Part shown: one piece after another, positions 60,705 through 64,000 of the stretch | How positions within the stretch are numbered: the stretch's first letter is position 1 | How the letters are laid out: every line of letters starts with the position of its first letter | Origin: a virus | IMG/VR virus record: IMGVR_UViG_3300021197_001787 | Span: 96,001 to 160,000 of that record | Direction: 5' to 3' (one strand) | DNA: 64,000 bases | Notes under the pieces: generated by a model | Database searches by the model: none | Seen by the model: only the letters and a program-made list of their open reading frames with translations | What the model was told of the DNA's origin: nothing | Translations under genes and position numbers: made by a program

Positions 60705-61037
60705 TTATAACCCCAACGCTGTCGACACTTGTTCCAAATCAATGGGAATGTCAAGCACATCTCCCTTGCGAATATGGGCTTCTGTCGGATATCCATTATA
60801 CCATGCGATGATCCACCATAATTCAGGATTTCCATAGTACTTGTTGGCGAGATTATAGAATCTATCGCCATATTTCCATATATGGGTGTCTATCGCTAAA
60901 GAAGAGCGCTCCATCACACCCGGATGGTTTAAGACAGCGGTGGCGAAATGTTCAATAAATTTATCGCCGCGGGTGTGCTTGCCAGTTAAGTATTTCTTTC
61001 TATTAATGAAAGTTTGGTCTCTATCGTATCTTGACAT
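60705..61037 (-). CDS. LysM-domain baseplate/tail protein
   Basis: WKYGDRFYNLANKYYGNPELWWIIAWYNG...GDVLDIP. Confidence 0.85.
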   Translation of the reverse strand: MSRYDRDQTFINRKKYLTGKHTRGDKFIEHFATAVLNHPGVMERSSLAIDTHIWKYGDRFYNLANKYYGNPELWWIIAWYNGYPTEAHIRKGDVLDIPIDLEQVSTALGL

Positions 61038-61039
61038 TA

Positions 61040-62212
61040 CTAATCATTCTCTCCAATATCTGATAATTGATCAGCTAGGCCTGCGAGCGCCGAATCGCCG
61101 GCGGCGGTGCCATCCTGATCAGTATATCCTACATCATTAATTGCCTGCCCCATTATAGCCGAAGCAACATAGTCTGCGTTTTCGCCTTTATACTTACCCG
61201 CCTCTAAACGCTTCATGTCTCTTCCCAAGCGGCCGTTGCCAATTCCAAACAAGCCTTTTGTGCCGAACATGCCACCGTATCTTGCTTCAGCATTAAGTCT
61301 TGCTTGTTCGACTTTTGCTCTGTCTTCTTCAGCTTGGGCTGCTTGGTTCCATGTTTTGCCATCAAATTCAGATTTCATGTTTCTTACATCAAACGTGCTG
61401 ACGCCATATGGAAATGCTTCGCCCTCTCCCGGACTGAATTTCTGATTTTTATCCCAACCAAGGTGATGTTCGTGGATGGGCGTGAATCCAACGACGACTT
61501 CAATAACTTTTGGAAGAATAGTGTTCTGCACAGTCTCGTTGGTGGACGCATCTAATTTTTCAAAGACACCGGCTTCGCGGTTTTCCAAATTGTGGTTAAT
61601 TGTAAGGTTTGATATGAAGCCCAATTGGCCGTGCTGTGGTTCAGGGCCTACGGAGCTATATGACTGATAATATGTAGACTTTTCTTGCAAATTTCGGAAA
61701 TTAGCTTGATCAGAAGTTCTTTTTATATTTCTGGTGTTCTGTAAAAGGTTCATGACTTTAAGCCTTACAAGCGGGCTTTGGGATATCGTCTGGGCTTCTT
61801 GAACCTTTGCGTAATTTGGATACAAGAATTGAACTAAACTTTGAACTTTACCAAGATTCTCAAATGCTTCGCTTTCACTTGCCGCCGGCACAACAAAACT
61901 TAAATTTATTACTCTTTCTGTTTGCACAAAATTGTGAATTTTGTCAGCGCGACCAAAAACAGCTTCAGACTGCCAATTTGAGGTATATGATTCGTTATAT
62001 GCGGTTATGAATGCTTTAAAGAAAACGCTTGTTTGTGAAGCCTCATGCATAAAGGAGAGATATAGTTTTTTATTATTTGCAAGGCCATCAGAGCCGTCTG
62101 CATACCATACATTATCTTTCCTGCCAACTCTATTCTTTTTATATTTATGAGAATCAAAAATCTGATTGAAAAAATCAGCTGCTGAAGGTCCGGTTTTAGT
62201 TTCGTCTGCCAT
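61040..62212 (-). CDS. Tail tube-initiator/baseplate protein (contractile-tail type)
   Basis: FKAFITAYNESYTSNW...FGRAD.I..F..TER.I.LSF, typical of myovirus proteins between tape measure and LysM genes. Confidence 0.65.
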   Translation of the reverse strand: MADETKTGPSAADFFNQIFDSHKYKKNRVGRKDNVWYADGSDGLANNKKLYLSFMHEASQTSVFFKAFITAYNESYTSNWQSEAVFGRADKIHNFVQTERVINLSFVVPAASESEAFENLGKVQSLVQFLYPNYAKVQEAQTISQSPLVRLKVMNLLQNTRNIKRTSDQANFRNLQEKSTYYQSYSSVGPEPQHGQLGFISNLTINHNLENREAGVFEKLDASTNETVQNTILPKVIEVVVGFTPIHEHHLGWDKNQKFSPGEGEAFPYGVSTFDVRNMKSEFDGKTWNQAAQAEEDRAKVEQARLNAEARYGGMFGTKGLFGIGNGRLGRDMKRLEAGKYKGENADYVASAIMGQAINDVGYTDQDGTAAGDSALAGLADQLSDIGEND

Positions 62213-62217
62213 TTAAT

Positions 62218-64000
62218 CTATGATCTCCCTGCGATTGCTTTAGTGGTGCGTTTATCTGAAAATTTCTTCACGTACCTTTCAAGATGCTCGCCTCCGATGC
62301 TGACGTTGATTTCAGCGGATTCAGGCCCACTACTAACATAGGTGTTGTTTGAAGAATTGCTAGCAATATTTGTGTTTGCGGCTGTCGGGGCTGCTGTTCT
62401 ATTAAAGGTAGCCTCGCTTAAACCAGCGGCTGTTTCCATAGACTTATTCATCACGTCGTTATTGCCGACTGATGCCTGTATTTGTAGCGCTTCGCCGGTA
62501 TTAGCCATAGCACTCCCAAGAGCAAGCGCTTTTGTTCTAGAAACTCCGTCAATGGCTTCAGCAATTTTTTCAATATTGGCTGCAGCGCTGGGATCTGTTA
62601 AAGCGTTAAAAAAGGCAACGGCAGCCTCTACGATGGTCTTAAATATGTCGCCTATATATGTAATTACGGCTTCAAACTTTTTAAACGGGATCATCAGTGC
62701 ATCAAAGGCCTGCTCCAACATGCCACCAGTAAACATATCAAAGAAGCTTGGAGAATTCTTTTTGCTAAAAGCTTTCATGAGAGCGGCGACACCGGCGACA
62801 AGACCCACGATTGCAGCTGCGGTGCCAGAAATAGGCAATGTAACCGCTATAAGCCCTACAGCGAGGCCGCCAAGAACGCCTTTTAAAACATTGATGATGT
62901 CTTCGCTTGCTTCCATAGACCCAGTTAATTCCCCCAGCATGCTTACGAATTCGTCAATTCTGAAAGCTTCATACAAGTATACAAACATATCCGCTAAGCC
63001 TTCAATGGCGAAACTAAGGCCTTCAAAAACTATTGAAAGCAATGACGTATCGTCTTTACCAAGCTTAATCATATCGAAAAGGCTAATCAAAGCAATAACC
63101 ATCCCTGGAATTCCACCGAATGCCACCAGCATAACTCCACCCAATATTTTGAATGCAGTTGCATTTTTAGTAACAACATCCATCATGCTTCGGAGCATAT
63201 CTATTAGTGGAGTAACAATTGGTATCATCTGTGCAAACAAAGAATTTAGCTGTTCTTGGAATGAAGCAAGGGTTTTAGCTCTGGCTGCTTGTTTTTCAAA
63301 ATCTGCGGTCGTCTTTTTTGTTTCTTCCGAAACAGAATCCATATTTCCGCTTAATACTAATGCTAAATCACCAACACTCTCAAGACCCATTGCATCTTTG
63401 TAGAAATTTTTCTGATAGTAGGACATTTCATCAAATGATAGTCCTGTATCCAGAATAGAATCTCGGATCATCTCAAATCTAGCTGTTGGATCAGTTTCCA
63501 TCATAAGATCCATAGCATTTACAAAGTTGCCGCCAAGTGCTGCGTTTAGTTTACCAGCTTGGCGGGCGGCGCCCTCAAACGTGTCGAATTGATTGACGAT
63601 GTTTAACAACTTGCTTACTTCAAGACCAGTAACCTTGGAGGCCGCGGCTAGATCTCTAAACGCTTCGTCGCCGGCTTCACCTAATTTGGCCATTGCATCG
63701 CCGGCTTCTAGAAACTGCGCAGACAACTTCTCAGGCGACACTCCAAGTTCCTCGGCAAATCCAGATAAATCCAACATAGCCTGTCCGGCTTCATCGGCAC
63801 TCATGCCCAAGGCTTTAGTTGAAAGCTGAACACCTTGAGCAAAAGTTTCATTTGATATACCAAGTTTATCCAGTACTGCGCCGGTTTCTATCAAACTTTC
63901 TCTAGTCAACCGGTCTTGATATGAAAAATCAGTAAAATTGTTAAACAATGACGTAGCAGAAGCGCCCATATCTTCCGCTGTGGCCGTGAATATACGGCCT
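62218..64000 (-). CDS. Tape measure protein (5' part beyond window)
   Basis: Ala/Gly/Leu-rich helical protein with hydrophobic mid-section; frame stays open to the window edge; precedes baseplate genes. Confidence 0.75.
   Translation of the reverse strand, partial: GRIFTATAEDMGASATSLFNNFTDFSYQDRLTRESLIETGAVLDKLGISNETFAQGVQLSTKALGMSADEAGQAMLDLSGFAEELGVSPEKLSAQFLEAGDAMAKLGEAGDEAFRDLAAASKVTGLEVSKLLNIVNQFDTFEGAARQAGKLNAALGGNFVNAMDLMMETDPTARFEMIRDSILDTGLSFDEMSYYQKNFYKDAMGLESVGDLALVLSGNMDSVSEETKKTTADFEKQAARAKTLASFQEQLNSLFAQMIPIVTPLIDMLRSMMDVVTKNATAFKILGGVMLVAFGGIPGMVIALISLFDMIKLGKDDTSLLSIVFEGLSFAIEGLADMFVYLYEAFRIDEFVSMLGELTGSMEASEDIINVLKGVLGGLAVGLIAVTLPISGTAAAIVGLVAGVAALMKAFSKKNSPSFFDMFTGGMLEQAFDALMIPFKKFEAVITYIGDIFKTIVEAAVAFFNALTDPSAAANIEKIAEAIDGVSRTKALALGSAMANTGEALQIQASVGNNDVMNKSMETAAGLSEATFNRTAAPTAANTNIASNSSNNTYVSSGPESAEINVSIGGEHLERYVKKFSDKRTTKAIAGRS

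Noticed and set aside
62342-63403. 353-aa plus-strand ORF (also 5985..6791 and other plus-strand ORFs)
   Set aside because: Antisense shadows of well-supported minus-strand genes, without SD or recognisable motifs.
1-64000. Alternative genetic code (stop-codon reassignment)
   Set aside because: Long conserved genes translate uninterrupted in the standard code, and no suppressor tRNA is present.

Overview
This 64-kb window comes from a large tailed dsDNA bacteriophage (myovirus/jumbo-like). Every credible gene is on the minus strand, with Shine-Dalgarno sites and sigma70-type TTGACA-N16/18-TATAAT/TATATT promoters. Reading in the direction of transcription (right to left) it contains: (1) a tail/baseplate block (partial tape measure, tube/initiator-like, LysM, hub-like proteins); (2) a replication/repair block (family A polymerase-like, divergent tubulin/FtsZ-like, gp32-like SSB, RecA, UvsE, 5'-3' exonuclease, DnaB, class II RNR, DnaE); (3) a host-physiology block (GroES/GroEL, two ClpP, J-domain, thioredoxin, IMPDH/GMPR, two adenine-MTase homologs, PMM/PMI, amidase, trypsin-like protease, nucleotidyltransferase); (4) six tRNAs; and (5) a ~16-kb early/accessory region of small genes. 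A MYXO-CTERM-like protein and a DTA-repeat lipoprotein suggest a Myxococcota-like host (inference). Three observations stand out. First, about 23 stand-alone paralogous KOW/SH3-like mini-genes ('MKVGDLV...LEVISESR') are chained by a recurrent 14-nt dual-coding junction. Second, 16 early promoter cassettes carry fixed-geometry tandem YTGACA repeats upstream of the -35, which often supply the upstream gene's stop codon; a stand-alone sigma70 region-4 protein is one candidate binder. Third, three co-varying H-type RNA pseudoknots sit in consecutive intergenic spacers downstream of the SSB gene. All calls rest on visual motif recognition; no searches or folding programs were run.
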